NCBI GenBank assembly: GCA_024640225.1
Contig: JAHEFK010000003.1
Span: 32,649-96,648, forward strand
Direction of reading: 5' to 3'
DNA length: 64,000 bases
Origin: Bacteroidota bacterium
GTDB taxonomy: Bacteria; Bacteroidota; Bacteroidia; Chitinophagales; Chitinophagaceae
The notes below the pieces were generated by a model that saw only the letters and a program-made list of their open reading frames with translations, had not been told where the DNA came from and made no database searches. Of the stretch, positions 1 through 8,911 are shown one piece after another. The position numbers were made by a program, and so were the translations under genes. Position 1 is the first letter of the stretch, and every line of letters starts with the position of its first letter.

Positions 1-287
1 TAATCTGCACCGATTCTAATATAGGCATTATCCAACCCAAATAAATCAACAGCGCCTTGATTTAAACGACCAAAACGATGCGAAATTTTAATATCCATTA
101 CGCCTTTTGCAACGCCTTCAATACTGTGACCATTAACTATACGCGTAGTTTTAAACGTAGCACTTACCGGACTTGGCTTCTCTTTAACATCACCTAATAT
201 TGCTGTTAAATCTTCTTGTGCAAAACTTGGATACGCACTTAATAGGCATCCAATTACAAATAATATTTTAGGTATACGGATTTTCAT
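1..287 (-). CDS. DUF5777-like outer-membrane beta-barrel protein, N-terminal 95 codons only (gene runs off the window start)
   Basis: Own translation of the minus strand from ATG (complement of 285-287): MKIRIPKILFVIGCLLSAYPSFAQEDL...TFKTTRIVNGHSIEGVAKGVMDIKISHRFGRLNQGAVDLFGLDNAYIRIGAD. Open to nt 1, with a signal peptide. Absent from the ORF track because it is truncated. Family name is from memory of YceI-adjacent genes. Confidence 0.6.
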   Translation of the reverse strand, partial: MKIRIPKILFVIGCLLSAYPSFAQEDLTAILGDVKEKPSPVSATFKTTRIVNGHSIEGVAKGVMDIKISHRFGRLNQGAVDLFGLDNAYIRIGAD

Positions 288-289
288 AA

Positions 290-841
290 TTATTTTTTTA
301 AAGGAGCTAATAAACTATTAACGGTTATCTCTACTACTTCGGCCACTTTATTAGCGGCTACCGATGGAATAACAATTTTATAGTCTTTGTTTTTTACTTT
401 GAATACTGCTTTAAAAGTAAGACTACCATTTTTTACCGTCAAAGTGCCGGGAACGTTGATCGCTTGCGACACACCGTGCATCGTCATCGTACCAACTGCT
501 TTTACTGGCGTACTACCATCTTTACTGTAATTGATAGCCGCTGCATTTTCAATTTTACCTTTGAAATCTGCTTTTGGAAACTGATCACTTTCTAAGTAAT
601 TTTCATTGAAATGTTCTTGCATTAACGCTCTATCAAATTTGAAACTCTTAACAGGAACAATGATAACTATATCTCCTGTAGCAGCATCAAAAACTGCCGC
701 TACTTCATTATTGATAGCTTCAATATTTTCTACGGCAGTAGATGAAAAGAAGCTTACTTGAGCGCTACGCGTCATATACTTCTGAGCACTTGATGTAAAA
801 AATATACCTAGAGTGGCTGCTATTAAAATTATTTTTTTCAT
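290..841 (-). CDS. YceI family periplasmic lipid/polyisoprenoid-binding protein
   Basis: 183-aa ORF with ATG at 841. Signal peptide MKKIILIAATLGIFFTSSAQ. YceI-like blocks: VSFFSST..VENIEA, PVKSFKFD, MQEHFNENYLESDQFPKADFKG, TMHGV. Confidence 0.85.
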   Translation of the reverse strand: MKKIILIAATLGIFFTSSAQKYMTRSAQVSFFSSTAVENIEAINNEVAAVFDAATGDIVIIVPVKSFKFDRALMQEHFNENYLESDQFPKADFKGKIENAAAINYSKDGSTPVKAVGTMTMHGVSQAINVPGTLTVKNGSLTFKAVFKVKNKDYKIVIPSVAANKVAEVVEITVNSLLAPLKK

Positions 842-853
842 AGAAGATATTTT

Positions 854-1240
854 TTAGTTATTGAGTGCACCTGCATTCACCCATTTTTGAATTTTATTAA
901 TATCGCATTGGTCTAATTTATTAGCTCCCTTTGGCATATAAGAATAACCACTTCCAGAAACTTGATTCATAGATCCCATAAAACGACCAGAGTTTACACA
1001 AGCTTTTACACCTGCATAAGTATTGAGAGCATATCCACCGGCACCATTCGCATCATGACAACCAGAAGTTGCGCATTTCCCATCCATGATGGGTTTTACC
1101 GTTGCTGAAAACAATACCGCTGCTGAAGTATCACATACCGCAGTTGTTGTATTAGAGCTACTACTTTTACATGCATTTTGACTCACAAATGCTATTGAAA
1201 GGATTAATACAACAGTTACTTTTAAAAGATTACGTTTCAT
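854..1240 (-). CDS. Small lipoprotein with cytochrome-c-like (planctomycete PSCyt1-type) domain, variant C-x4-CH motif
   Basis: Start moved to ATG 1240 (MKRNLLKVTVVLILSIAFVSQNAC, lipoprotein-type signal). Motifs: VKPIMDGKCATSGCH, YMPKG (possible axial Met), C-terminal KIQKWVNAGALNN. Paralog of 3624-4028. Confidence 0.55.
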   Translation of the reverse strand: MKRNLLKVTVVLILSIAFVSQNACKSSSSNTTTAVCDTSAAVLFSATVKPIMDGKCATSGCHDANGAGGYALNTYAGVKACVNSGRFMGSMNQVSGSGYSYMPKGANKLDQCDINKIQKWVNAGALNN

Positions 1241-1266
1241 TGGTTTTATATTTAAATATGAAAAAA

Positions 1267-1665
1267 TTATTTTAAAATACATCCTGTCAATAATACATCA
1301 GTTGTATAGGCTGCATAAAATCCTTTTACAACAATTTCATCGCCTACTTTTGGTAATGTATTAGCTTTGTTTTCCAAGGTGCAAAAAACACTCGATAAAG
1401 GATCATCACTTTGTAAGAGTAGCGTTGTTTGATGATCTTGATTTTCTCCAAGTTCAGCCACTACACCGACTACTTCAAGCACTTTATTATTATACCTTGT
1501 TTGGGCTGCTTTTTCATCCTTCATAAACGAAGCCACCAATGCAGCTGCATTTATTTTAATAGCTTCTTGGTCAGCAACACCTGCTGGTTTTCTATTGTAC
1601 TGATAATATCCATACAATCCTGCTATAATTGCTAGGACAAGTACTGCAAATAAAATTTTTTTCAT
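1267..1665 (-). CDS. Membrane-anchored OB-fold protein (tRNA_anti-like family)
   Basis: 132 aa. N-terminal TM MKKILFAVLVLAIIAGLYGYYQY. Then AAALVASFMKDEKAAQTRYNNKVLEVVGVV and a C-terminal beta-rich part, typical of this Bacteroidota family. First gene of a tightly spaced 4-gene string. Confidence 0.55.
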   Translation of the reverse strand: MKKILFAVLVLAIIAGLYGYYQYNRKPAGVADQEAIKINAAALVASFMKDEKAAQTRYNNKVLEVVGVVAELGENQDHQTTLLLQSDDPLSSVFCTLENKANTLPKVGDEIVVKGFYAAYTTDVLLTGCILK

Positions 1666-1681
1666 AAAGAAATTATTTTAC

Positions 1682-1689
1682 CAAATCTA
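1682..1689 (-). promoter_or_regulatory. Bacteroidota -7 promoter box TAGATTTG (TAnnTTTG)
   Basis: Exact match to TAnnTTTG on the minus strand, 16 nt upstream of ATG 1665. Confidence 0.45.
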
Positions 1690-1789
1690 ATAAAATATGC
1701 TTAAAAAGTTAAACAAATTTAATAGCCATAACAGTTAATAACATTTGAATAACATACTATGAAGACTCTCAGCTTTGCAACTAATTAAG

Positions 1790-1797
1790 TAAATTTG
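1790..1797 (+). promoter_or_regulatory. Bacteroidota -7 promoter box TAAATTTG
   Basis: Exact TAnnTTTG, 12 nt upstream of ATG 1810. It overlaps the TTG (1795) used by the ORF track, which favours the ATG start. Confidence 0.45.
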
Positions 1798-1809
1798 CGT
1801 TTATATCTT

Positions 1810-3627
1810 ATGGGATACGCTAATCTAGAAGCCTGCTTATTAGACCTCGAAAAAAAAGGTCAACTCCTTCGCATCAAAGAAGAAGTAGACCCGTATTTAG
1901 AGATGGCATCCATACATTTGCGCATTCACGAGCAAGGTGGTCCGGCTATTTTATTTGAACGGGTTAAGGGAAGTAACTTTAGAGCAGCCAGCAATCTCTT
2001 CGGCACCTTAGAAAGAAGTAAATTTATTTTTAGAGATACTCTCAAAGCGGTGCAACAAGTGATTGCCCTCAAACAAGATCCTTCTAAAATTTTCAAACAC
2101 CCTTTGAAAAATTTAAGCGCTGCAAAAGCGGCAATGCATGCCCTCCCATTTAAAAGTGCATTGTTCAAAAATAATCTAGATGCCTCGTTACGCATCGATC
2201 AATTACCCCTCATTCATCATTGGAAAAATGATGGAGGTGCTTTTGTTACGCTTCCTCAAGTATATACCGAAGCTGTTGATCAGCCCGGTATTATGCATTC
2301 CAATTTAGGAATGTATCGCATTCAATTAAATGGCAACGCATATAATACAAACCATGAAATTGGTTTGCACTATCAATTACATAGAGGCATTGGCATTCAC
2401 CAAACTAAAGCCATTGCAGCAGGTAAGCCACTAAAGGTAAGTTGTTTCGTTGGCGGACCACCAGCGCATACCTTAGCCGCGGTGATGCCTTTACCCGAAG
2501 GCATGAGCGAAATGACCTTCGCTGGTTTGATTGGAGGTCGTCGCTTTCGCTATTTTTATGACGATGGCTATGCGATTAGTGCAGATGCCGACTTTGTAAT
2601 TACAGGTTATGTAAACGGCAACGAAACGAAACCAGAAGGCCCCTTTGGAGATCACTTGGGTTATTATAGTTTGCAGCATAATTTCCCGTTGATGCATGTA
2701 CATAAAGTCTATGCAAAGAAAAATGCTATTTGGCCTTTCACTGTGGTTGGTCGACCGCCACAGGAAGACACCAGCTTTGGTGCCTTAATTCACGAAATTA
2801 CAGGAGATGCTATTCAGCATGAAATACCCGGGGTGCAAGAAGTACATGCCGTTGATGCCGCAGGCGTACACCCTTTATTAGTTGCGGTAGGTAGTGAACG
2901 CTATACGCCCTATGCTCCTGCGCAACAACCTGCAGAACTATTAACACAAGCCAATAGAATATTGGGAACCGGACAATTGAGTTTGGCTAAGTTTCTATTC
3001 ATAACTGCTTCAGCAGAACATACTATTAGCACACACAATCTTCCATCTTATTTTCATTATATTTTCCAACGCATTGATTGGAAACGAGATTTACATTTCC
3101 ATACCAACACATCTATAGACACCCTCGATTATTCTGGAGAAGGACTCAATCAAGGAAGTAAAGTAGTCTTTGCTGCCTATGGTCCCGTATTACGAACTTT
3201 GGCTATCGAAGTGCCGAAGCACTCCAATCACCTAAGAAGTTTTCATAATCCTCAAATGGCCTTGCCTGGAGTGCTTGTTTTTCAAACCCAGGCATTTAGT
3301 AATTATGAAACCGCGCAAAAAGAACTTTTAGCGCTAGAGCAACAATTAGCAGCGCTAGATCTTTCACAAATAGCGATGATCATCATTGCCGATGATAGTG
3401 CCTTTGTAGCAACCAACTTAAATAATTTTGTGTGGAGCACGTTCACCAAATGCAATCCTTCTCATGACATCTATGGCATTAACTCTTTTGTGAAAAATAA
3501 ACATTGGGGTTGTGAAGGACCTTTAGTGATGGATACACGAACAAAACCACATCATGCACCTGTATTAGAAAAAGATCCCCATACAGAACATAAGGTTAGT
3601 ATGCTTTTAAATAAGTATGGCTATTAA
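1810..3627 (+). CDS. UbiD family (prenyl-FMN dependent) decarboxylase, menaquinone/ubiquinone-type
   Basis: About 605 aa. N-terminus LEACLLDLEKKGQLLRIKEEVDPYLEMASIH..GGPAILFERVKG and later GMYRIQL, PLKVSCFVGGPP, FGDHLGYYS are UbiD hallmarks. Start set to ATG 1810. Confidence 0.85.
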   Translation: MGYANLEACLLDLEKKGQLLRIKEEVDPYLEMASIHLRIHEQGGPAILFERVKGSNFRAASNLFGTLERSKFIFRDTLKAVQQVIALKQDPSKIFKHPLKNLSAAKAAMHALPFKSALFKNNLDASLRIDQLPLIHHWKNDGGAFVTLPQVYTEAVDQPGIMHSNLGMYRIQLNGNAYNTNHEIGLHYQLHRGIGIHQTKAIAAGKPLKVSCFVGGPPAHTLAAVMPLPEGMSEMTFAGLIGGRRFRYFYDDGYAISADADFVITGYVNGNETKPEGPFGDHLGYYSLQHNFPLMHVHKVYAKKNAIWPFTVVGRPPQEDTSFGALIHEITGDAIQHEIPGVQEVHAVDAAGVHPLLVAVGSERYTPYAPAQQPAELLTQANRILGTGQLSLAKFLFITASAEHTISTHNLPSYFHYIFQRIDWKRDLHFHTNTSIDTLDYSGEGLNQGSKVVFAAYGPVLRTLAIEVPKHSNHLRSFHNPQMALPGVLVFQTQAFSNYETAQKELLALEQQLAALDLSQIAMIIIADDSAFVATNLNNFVWSTFTKCNPSHDIYGINSFVKNKHWGCEGPLVMDTRTKPHHAPVLEKDPHTEHKVSMLLNKYGY

Positions 3628-4028
3628 TTTTGCAAAGCCCCTTGGTGTATCCAAGCGGCAATTATTTTCTGACTACAGGTATCTAAATCATAGCCCGGCG
3701 GCATAGGCACTACTGTTTGTGCATGCTGAATAATATGAATTAATTTAGAGCCCAATAATCCATCGCCTCTATAGCCCAATAATAAATAATTGCTTAAAGA
3801 AGTAAAATTTTCTAAGTCAATATTTCTTCCGTATTTGTTTACTGTATCGGTAGCATGACAGGAATAACAATTGTTTTTAAAGATCGGTACAACTTGATTT
3901 TTATAACTAATTATTTTAGTGGTATCGCATATGAAAGTAGGAGTAGGGCTTGAGAGGTCCATCTTATAATGCTTCACACAAGCAGCTAATGCAAGTAAGG
4001 AGAAAAGAAAGAGGAAAAAATATTTCAT
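3624..4028 (-). CDS. Small lipoprotein with cytochrome-c-like (PSCyt1-type) domain, canonical CxxCH
   Basis: Start set to ATG 4028 (MKYFFLFLFSLLALAAC lipobox). Motifs: VVPIFKNNCYSCH heme motif, PMPPG, C-terminal IIAAWIHQGALQN. The 3' end overlaps the UbiD 3' end by 4 nt (convergent). Confidence 0.6.
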   Translation of the reverse strand: MKYFFLFLFSLLALAACVKHYKMDLSSPTPTFICDTTKIISYKNQVVPIFKNNCYSCHATDTVNKYGRNIDLENFTSLSNYLLLGYRGDGLLGSKLIHIIQHAQTVVPMPPGYDLDTCSQKIIAAWIHQGALQN

Positions 4029-4040
4029 TTTAATAAAATT

Positions 4041-4075
4041 AAAAAAAAGCGACCACAATATAGTGGTCGCTTTTT
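4041..4075 (-). terminator. Rho-independent terminator hairpin downstream of 4096-5937
   Basis: GCGACCAC (4049-4056) / GTGGTCGC (4063-4070), 6-nt loop. An A8 run on the plus strand gives a U-run on the minus strand. A T5 run on the other side makes it formally bidirectional. Confidence 0.7.
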
Positions 4076-4095
4076 ATAGTTAACTAAATTTTTAA

Positions 4096-5937
4096 TTATT
4101 TAGTTACTGATAATTTGATTGTTTTAGAACCAGCCGCAGTTTGTACTTGTACAAAGTAACAACCCATAGCTAAGTTATCAACATTTATTTCAAATTGATG
4201 GTTACCCGCCGTTAAATTACCATTGAAAATAGCAGCAACTGTTTTACCTGTCATATCAATTAATGATACGGTTGCATTGCTTGCCTCGATCATTGTAAAG
4301 TTGATAGTAGCATTTTCAATAGCTGGATTAGGATATACAGCAATTGCATTGATATTGTTATTTACATTCGCAACGCTAGTAGGGAACTCTGTAGTATTGG
4401 TCATAGAATAATCAGTATTCACTGGATCGAAATTAGTCCATTTAGCCATCCAATTATCTGAAGTTGTTTGCGTACCTGCAAAAGCACCTACATAGTTCAC
4501 TTTTGTAAAGAAAGCATCTGATGCTTTTGAAGTTGTAAAATCAGGAGCCAAACCTGGTACATTCCAATTAATACCTAAACCGGTAGTATCTGTATTTACT
4601 GGTTTAGTAGGATCGAAAGTACGTGTAATACCACCAAAAGTAGCTGTAGCATAGCAAATAGGCGATTGAGAAGTTGGAACTGGATTTGGATTTACCAAAT
4701 TGAATGGAGATTGTAATTTCACACCAGTTTGTGCAGTAGGATATAATTTATTTTTGTTAGCACTTGAAGTTAACCAAGATTTAGGACCTACTAAACCAGA
4801 AGTTGACCAAGGAGCTATAGTAGTATCTCCCCAAGTAGTTGTAGGAGTTAATGAACGTGCACCATCTTTTACATAAAACACATCGGTTGCGTTTTGGTTA
4901 CCAGCAACTATGTTGTTTTTGAATTGTAATTGATTTGAAGTTAAGTTATTGATAGTAGAACCATAAGAAGAAGAAGACTCATCTAACAACATACCTACAG
5001 GCCATCCAATTAAAACACTATTCAAAATGCTTTGAGAAGAACCTCTGCGAGCATGCACTGCAGCAACAAATTGTGGATCCCAAGCAGTAGAAGTAGGGCT
5101 TACTAATGGACCAACAACCGTTACATTAGACCAAATTGCTTTTGTAGCATTAGAATCATTAACTAAACCTGAAATAGTACCTGATAGATAACTATCATTT
5201 TCAAATGCTTTAGAACCTGACTGGTCAGCAGCATAAGGATCTCTGATACCAAATACAAATTGATTTTTACCTGCATAACCACAGTCCGTATCAAAATCAT
5301 CATCCCAACCGCGATAAGAAACTAAGTACTTTGCATTTGCAGTTCCACCAAACCACTCATAAGAGTCATCACCAGAATACGATACTTGGATGTGGTCAAT
5401 TTGCGTACCTGTTCCAACAGCACAAAGTGTTAAACCATTTACTTCATTTCCTGGTGAGAATGCTACACCTGGAAACTCGATACGTACATATTGTAACGTA
5501 CCACTGTTATCAGCAGGATTAGTACCGCCATAAAAAGAACGAGGACCACCTTCTACTTGTGCTTGACCAGCTGTCCAGTTAGTAGGTGCATATCCACATA
5601 AAATTACACCACCCCAGTCTCCATAAGAACGAGCACCAGCTGGTTGATTTGATGTAAATACGATAGGTGCTGTAGGGGTTCCTTTTGCAATAAGTTTAGC
5701 ACCTCTTTCAATAATTAAAGTTCCTTTTGTGTTTTTATCACCTTTGATGATTACACCACTGTCAATCGTCAAGGTAGTACCCGAAGTTACATACACAAAA
5801 CCTTTTAATAAATATTGTTTGTTGTTAGTCCAAGTAGTATTAGATGAAATACTGTCTTGTACTGTTTGCACCGTTACTTGCGCTTTTGCTGCGTAGATGC
5901 CGCATACTGATAATGCGATGAGTAATAATTTTTTCAT
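4096..5937 (-). CDS. Secreted protein of unknown function with T9SS type A C-terminal sorting domain
   Basis: 613 aa. Signal peptide ...IYAAKAQ. Conserved Gly/Asp core: GDWGGVILCG, GDDSYEWFGG, WDDDFDTDCG. Last ~80 aa VYPNPAIENATINF...GCYFVQVQTAAGSKTIKLSVTK fit the Por/T9SS CTD pattern. Confidence 0.8.
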   Translation of the reverse strand: MKKLLLIALSVCGIYAAKAQVTVQTVQDSISSNTTWTNNKQYLLKGFVYVTSGTTLTIDSGVIIKGDKNTKGTLIIERGAKLIAKGTPTAPIVFTSNQPAGARSYGDWGGVILCGYAPTNWTAGQAQVEGGPRSFYGGTNPADNSGTLQYVRIEFPGVAFSPGNEVNGLTLCAVGTGTQIDHIQVSYSGDDSYEWFGGTANAKYLVSYRGWDDDFDTDCGYAGKNQFVFGIRDPYAADQSGSKAFENDSYLSGTISGLVNDSNATKAIWSNVTVVGPLVSPTSTAWDPQFVAAVHARRGSSQSILNSVLIGWPVGMLLDESSSSYGSTINNLTSNQLQFKNNIVAGNQNATDVFYVKDGARSLTPTTTWGDTTIAPWSTSGLVGPKSWLTSSANKNKLYPTAQTGVKLQSPFNLVNPNPVPTSQSPICYATATFGGITRTFDPTKPVNTDTTGLGINWNVPGLAPDFTTSKASDAFFTKVNYVGAFAGTQTTSDNWMAKWTNFDPVNTDYSMTNTTEFPTSVANVNNNINAIAVYPNPAIENATINFTMIEASNATVSLIDMTGKTVAAIFNGNLTAGNHQFEINVDNLAMGCYFVQVQTAAGSKTIKLSVTK

Positions 5938-6003
5938 AGGTTTTTTTTAAATTTGATGTAAAAGTAAGTTTGCAGTGTTACTTAAACATTACGCCTGTAT
6001 TAT

Positions 6004-8820
6004 CTAAATCTTAACTTTCAAACCTAAGCTGATATATGCGCCTGGTTTATATTCACGCACCACTTTATCTACACCATTGTTTTTATAGTCATACTTATTA
6101 TTAAAGTCGGTATCATATATAAAGCGCATTGTGGAGTTTAATAAATTCTGCACGCCAAAGCTGAGGATATAACGTTTCTTAAATGTTTTATCGATAGAAA
6201 AATCTAAAGAATTAAACGGCATTTCTACCATGCTCGCTGTTCTATCTAAACCAATTAAAGAGATACGCGGACCAGCCACATTATACAACAACGAACTTCT
6301 AATTACTTTTTCTTCGTTGGTATAATACAAACCAGTATTGAATGTATACGGCGATTGACCTTGTAAACGGGTAGTGAAATTTGGTTGAATACCCATATAA
6401 CTTAAGGTATTTCCAAAATTCAATTCACTTTTAATAAATGATGCATTCGCTATAAACGATAATTTATCCCACCACGATGTAGCTATAACTTTATTCAAAA
6501 CATCTAAATTCTTACGGATATCAATTTCAACACCGTAGGCTTTTGCAGATTGTGCATTCGTAAACGTATACGCTAAATCAGCTGCATTCGAAATCATTAC
6601 ATTTTGGATAGGATCTTGGAATGACTTATAGAAAGCTCCTACCTGAATCATCTCGGTAGCGCTTGGATACCACTCATAACGCACATCTACATTCTGAATT
6701 TGTGCAATTTTTAAAACTTGACCGTTGGGACCCGCAATAGGATTGCCATACAAAGAGCCATAGGTGCCAGCTTTATTATCTAAATCATAGAAGAAAATAG
6801 GCGCCCACTCTCTAAACTCAGGTCTATTCAATGTTTTGCCATAAGCAAAACGAATCAATTGTTTATCCGTGAAATTATACGAAGCATTTACAGAGGGTAA
6901 AATAAAATTAGAGATAATACTTGGTGTGATTTTATTAAAGTTTACACTTGCTTGCAATGCTTGTTCAGCTTGCTCGTTACGAATGCCTGCTACGATTTTC
7001 AATTTTGAATTTACTTGAACGGTTGCATTAAAAAAACTTGCTACTAATTTATTTGTTGCTGAATAGGTATCATAATCATGTGTTTTTTCATTTAGAATGA
7101 AGCTTGTAGTTTCTCCCACGTTGCTTAAATTGAAAATATCATTGATACCTAATTTTTGTAATTGAACCGAAGGTGCACCTGGCTTAATGGTATAAGCAAA
7201 CGAGCGAAGATTATATTGTCTGTCTTTATATTCGATATAATTTCCTAAGGCTAAGTCAATAGCCATTTTTTTAACTAAGAATTTTTTAGAAAATTGATGA
7301 GAGAAACTATAGGTCTTTTCTTTTAACGTAGAGAAAATTCGTCCACCATTTCTAGACTCATCACCATCTGTAGAAATAGATGTTGCCAAAGGTGTGTTTT
7401 GACTCGTAGCACGATACGTAATACGCATTAGATCGGGCATATTTCTGTACATATCCGCATAACCCAATGACCAATTATATTTGGTATTACCATCCTTTGT
7501 AGCATGGGTGCCATTCAATTGGCTCATGTAATTACGAATACTCTCGTAACCCATATTGTAAACCAATTCTTTACTGAAAGAATCTTGTGGAATAAAATTA
7601 TTATTTCTCACATTCACAAAGGCTCTCCCAGTTTGAGATAATAAGTTTTTGAATTCAATTCTCGAATTTCTAAACGATATTCCCGTATTCCACATGACAT
7701 TGACTGCATTGCGTAGTGAACTGATTTGATCTTTGTAACTAAAATTATAATTCAACGAATCAAAATCTTGTCTCAGCATCGAAAAATTAGTTCCCGTTTT
7801 AGTATAAGAAACACTTCCAATAGTACCTAATTTTACTTTTTTCAATTTCCATACACGTGCAATAGAGAAATTAATGCGTTGATCTAAGCCTAAGGTACCT
7901 TGGTTTAATACCCAATTATTATTAAAGCGCTTTGTTGCTGCTAGAGCATTACTATTCGATTTGTCTAAAAAGGCTGGTGTACCTGCTGGTATTGCTCTAT
8001 GGCCATTATCATAACCTAAGAAATCAGTGCTTGAACGTTCGTTATAATTAATAGTTGTACCAGTGGAATTTTGACGGTAAGAAGTTTGCATTCCGAAAGT
8101 CATACCATTTTTTTCTGGGATAGCCGAAGTATATACTTTTACCATACCACCTGCAAAGTCGCCAGGTAAATCTGCTGAAGGTGTTTTGAATACTAATAAA
8201 CGATCAATTGCACCACTCGGAATAACGTCAAATGAAAAAGCTTTTTTATCAACCTCGCTACTTGGAGCTGCTGCATCGTTTAACCAGGTAGTATTATAAC
8301 GATCCATTAAACCGCGCACCATAATAAATTTATCGTCTTGCACGGTTACACCAGGAATACGCTTCACAACATCTGCTGCATTTCTATCCATCGATTTGGA
8401 AATCTGCGCTGCCCCTACCGCACTCACTGTTACACTGTTCTTTTTCACCTCACTTATCACTGCCATTTCAGTGTGCGTAATTTTACTAGATTTTAATACT
8501 ACCCCTTTCAATTCGTTGCCTTCACCTACTAATTTTACTAACACAGAAGCCGTATTATCACTCACTGTCACGTTTAAGGTTTGTGCTTTGTAGGAGATAT
8601 AACGTACTGTCAATTTATAACTACCGTTCGGAATATCTTTGAATTCAAAAACACCGTTGGCATCAGTCACAGTAGTTTTGTTTTGTTTTTCTAAGATGAC
8701 AATAACGCCCGTTAAATTCGATGCATCTTTTGCATCAATAACCGTTCCTTTAATCGTTCCTGCGAAAGAAGCAACTACTAATCCTAAATAAAAGATAACT
8801 AATAAAATAAATGATCTCAT
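6004..8820 (-). CDS. TonB-dependent receptor with N-terminal carboxypeptidase-regulatory-like domain
   Basis: Start moved to ATG 8820 (MRSFILLVIFYLGLVVASFAG). GTIKGTVIDAKD..NGSYKL is a CarbopepD_reg-like domain. Plug-like blocks: DVVKRIPGVTVQD, IMVRGLMDRYN. About 700-aa barrel. The 974-aa track ORF overlaps the upstream gene and contains the promoter box. Confidence 0.85.
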   Translation of the reverse strand: MRSFILLVIFYLGLVVASFAGTIKGTVIDAKDASNLTGVIVILEKQNKTTVTDANGVFEFKDIPNGSYKLTVRYISYKAQTLNVTVSDNTASVLVKLVGEGNELKGVVLKSSKITHTEMAVISEVKKNSVTVSAVGAAQISKSMDRNAADVVKRIPGVTVQDDKFIMVRGLMDRYNTTWLNDAAAPSSEVDKKAFSFDVIPSGAIDRLLVFKTPSADLPGDFAGGMVKVYTSAIPEKNGMTFGMQTSYRQNSTGTTINYNERSSTDFLGYDNGHRAIPAGTPAFLDKSNSNALAATKRFNNNWVLNQGTLGLDQRINFSIARVWKLKKVKLGTIGSVSYTKTGTNFSMLRQDFDSLNYNFSYKDQISSLRNAVNVMWNTGISFRNSRIEFKNLLSQTGRAFVNVRNNNFIPQDSFSKELVYNMGYESIRNYMSQLNGTHATKDGNTKYNWSLGYADMYRNMPDLMRITYRATSQNTPLATSISTDGDESRNGGRIFSTLKEKTYSFSHQFSKKFLVKKMAIDLALGNYIEYKDRQYNLRSFAYTIKPGAPSVQLQKLGINDIFNLSNVGETTSFILNEKTHDYDTYSATNKLVASFFNATVQVNSKLKIVAGIRNEQAEQALQASVNFNKITPSIISNFILPSVNASYNFTDKQLIRFAYGKTLNRPEFREWAPIFFYDLDNKAGTYGSLYGNPIAGPNGQVLKIAQIQNVDVRYEWYPSATEMIQVGAFYKSFQDPIQNVMISNAADLAYTFTNAQSAKAYGVEIDIRKNLDVLNKVIATSWWDKLSFIANASFIKSELNFGNTLSYMGIQPNFTTRLQGQSPYTFNTGLYYTNEEKVIRSSLLYNVAGPRISLIGLDRTASMVEMPFNSLDFSIDKTFKKRYILSFGVQNLLNSTMRFIYDTDFNNKYDYKNNGVDKVVREYKPGAYISLGLKVKI

Positions 8821-8837
8821 CGTTTTGTTTTTGATGG

Positions 8838-8845
8838 CAAAATTA
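8838..8845 (-). promoter_or_regulatory. Bacteroidota -7 promoter box TAATTTTG
   Basis: Exact TAnnTTTG on the minus strand, 17 nt upstream of ATG 8820. Confidence 0.45.
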
Positions 8846-8911
8846 CGATGCTTCATTGCGCTATGGAATTGACGTAGGTTACCAAATCGTTTCCGGTATA
8901 TTAAGTAATTG

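Noticed and set aside
8821-8911. I looked for a cobalamin or other riboswitch upstream of the TonB receptors and of the B12-binding-domain gene (also 19195-19226 and 61385-61526).
   Set aside because: The leaders are only 32-140 nt. I could not see a B12-box-like conserved core or extended pairing.
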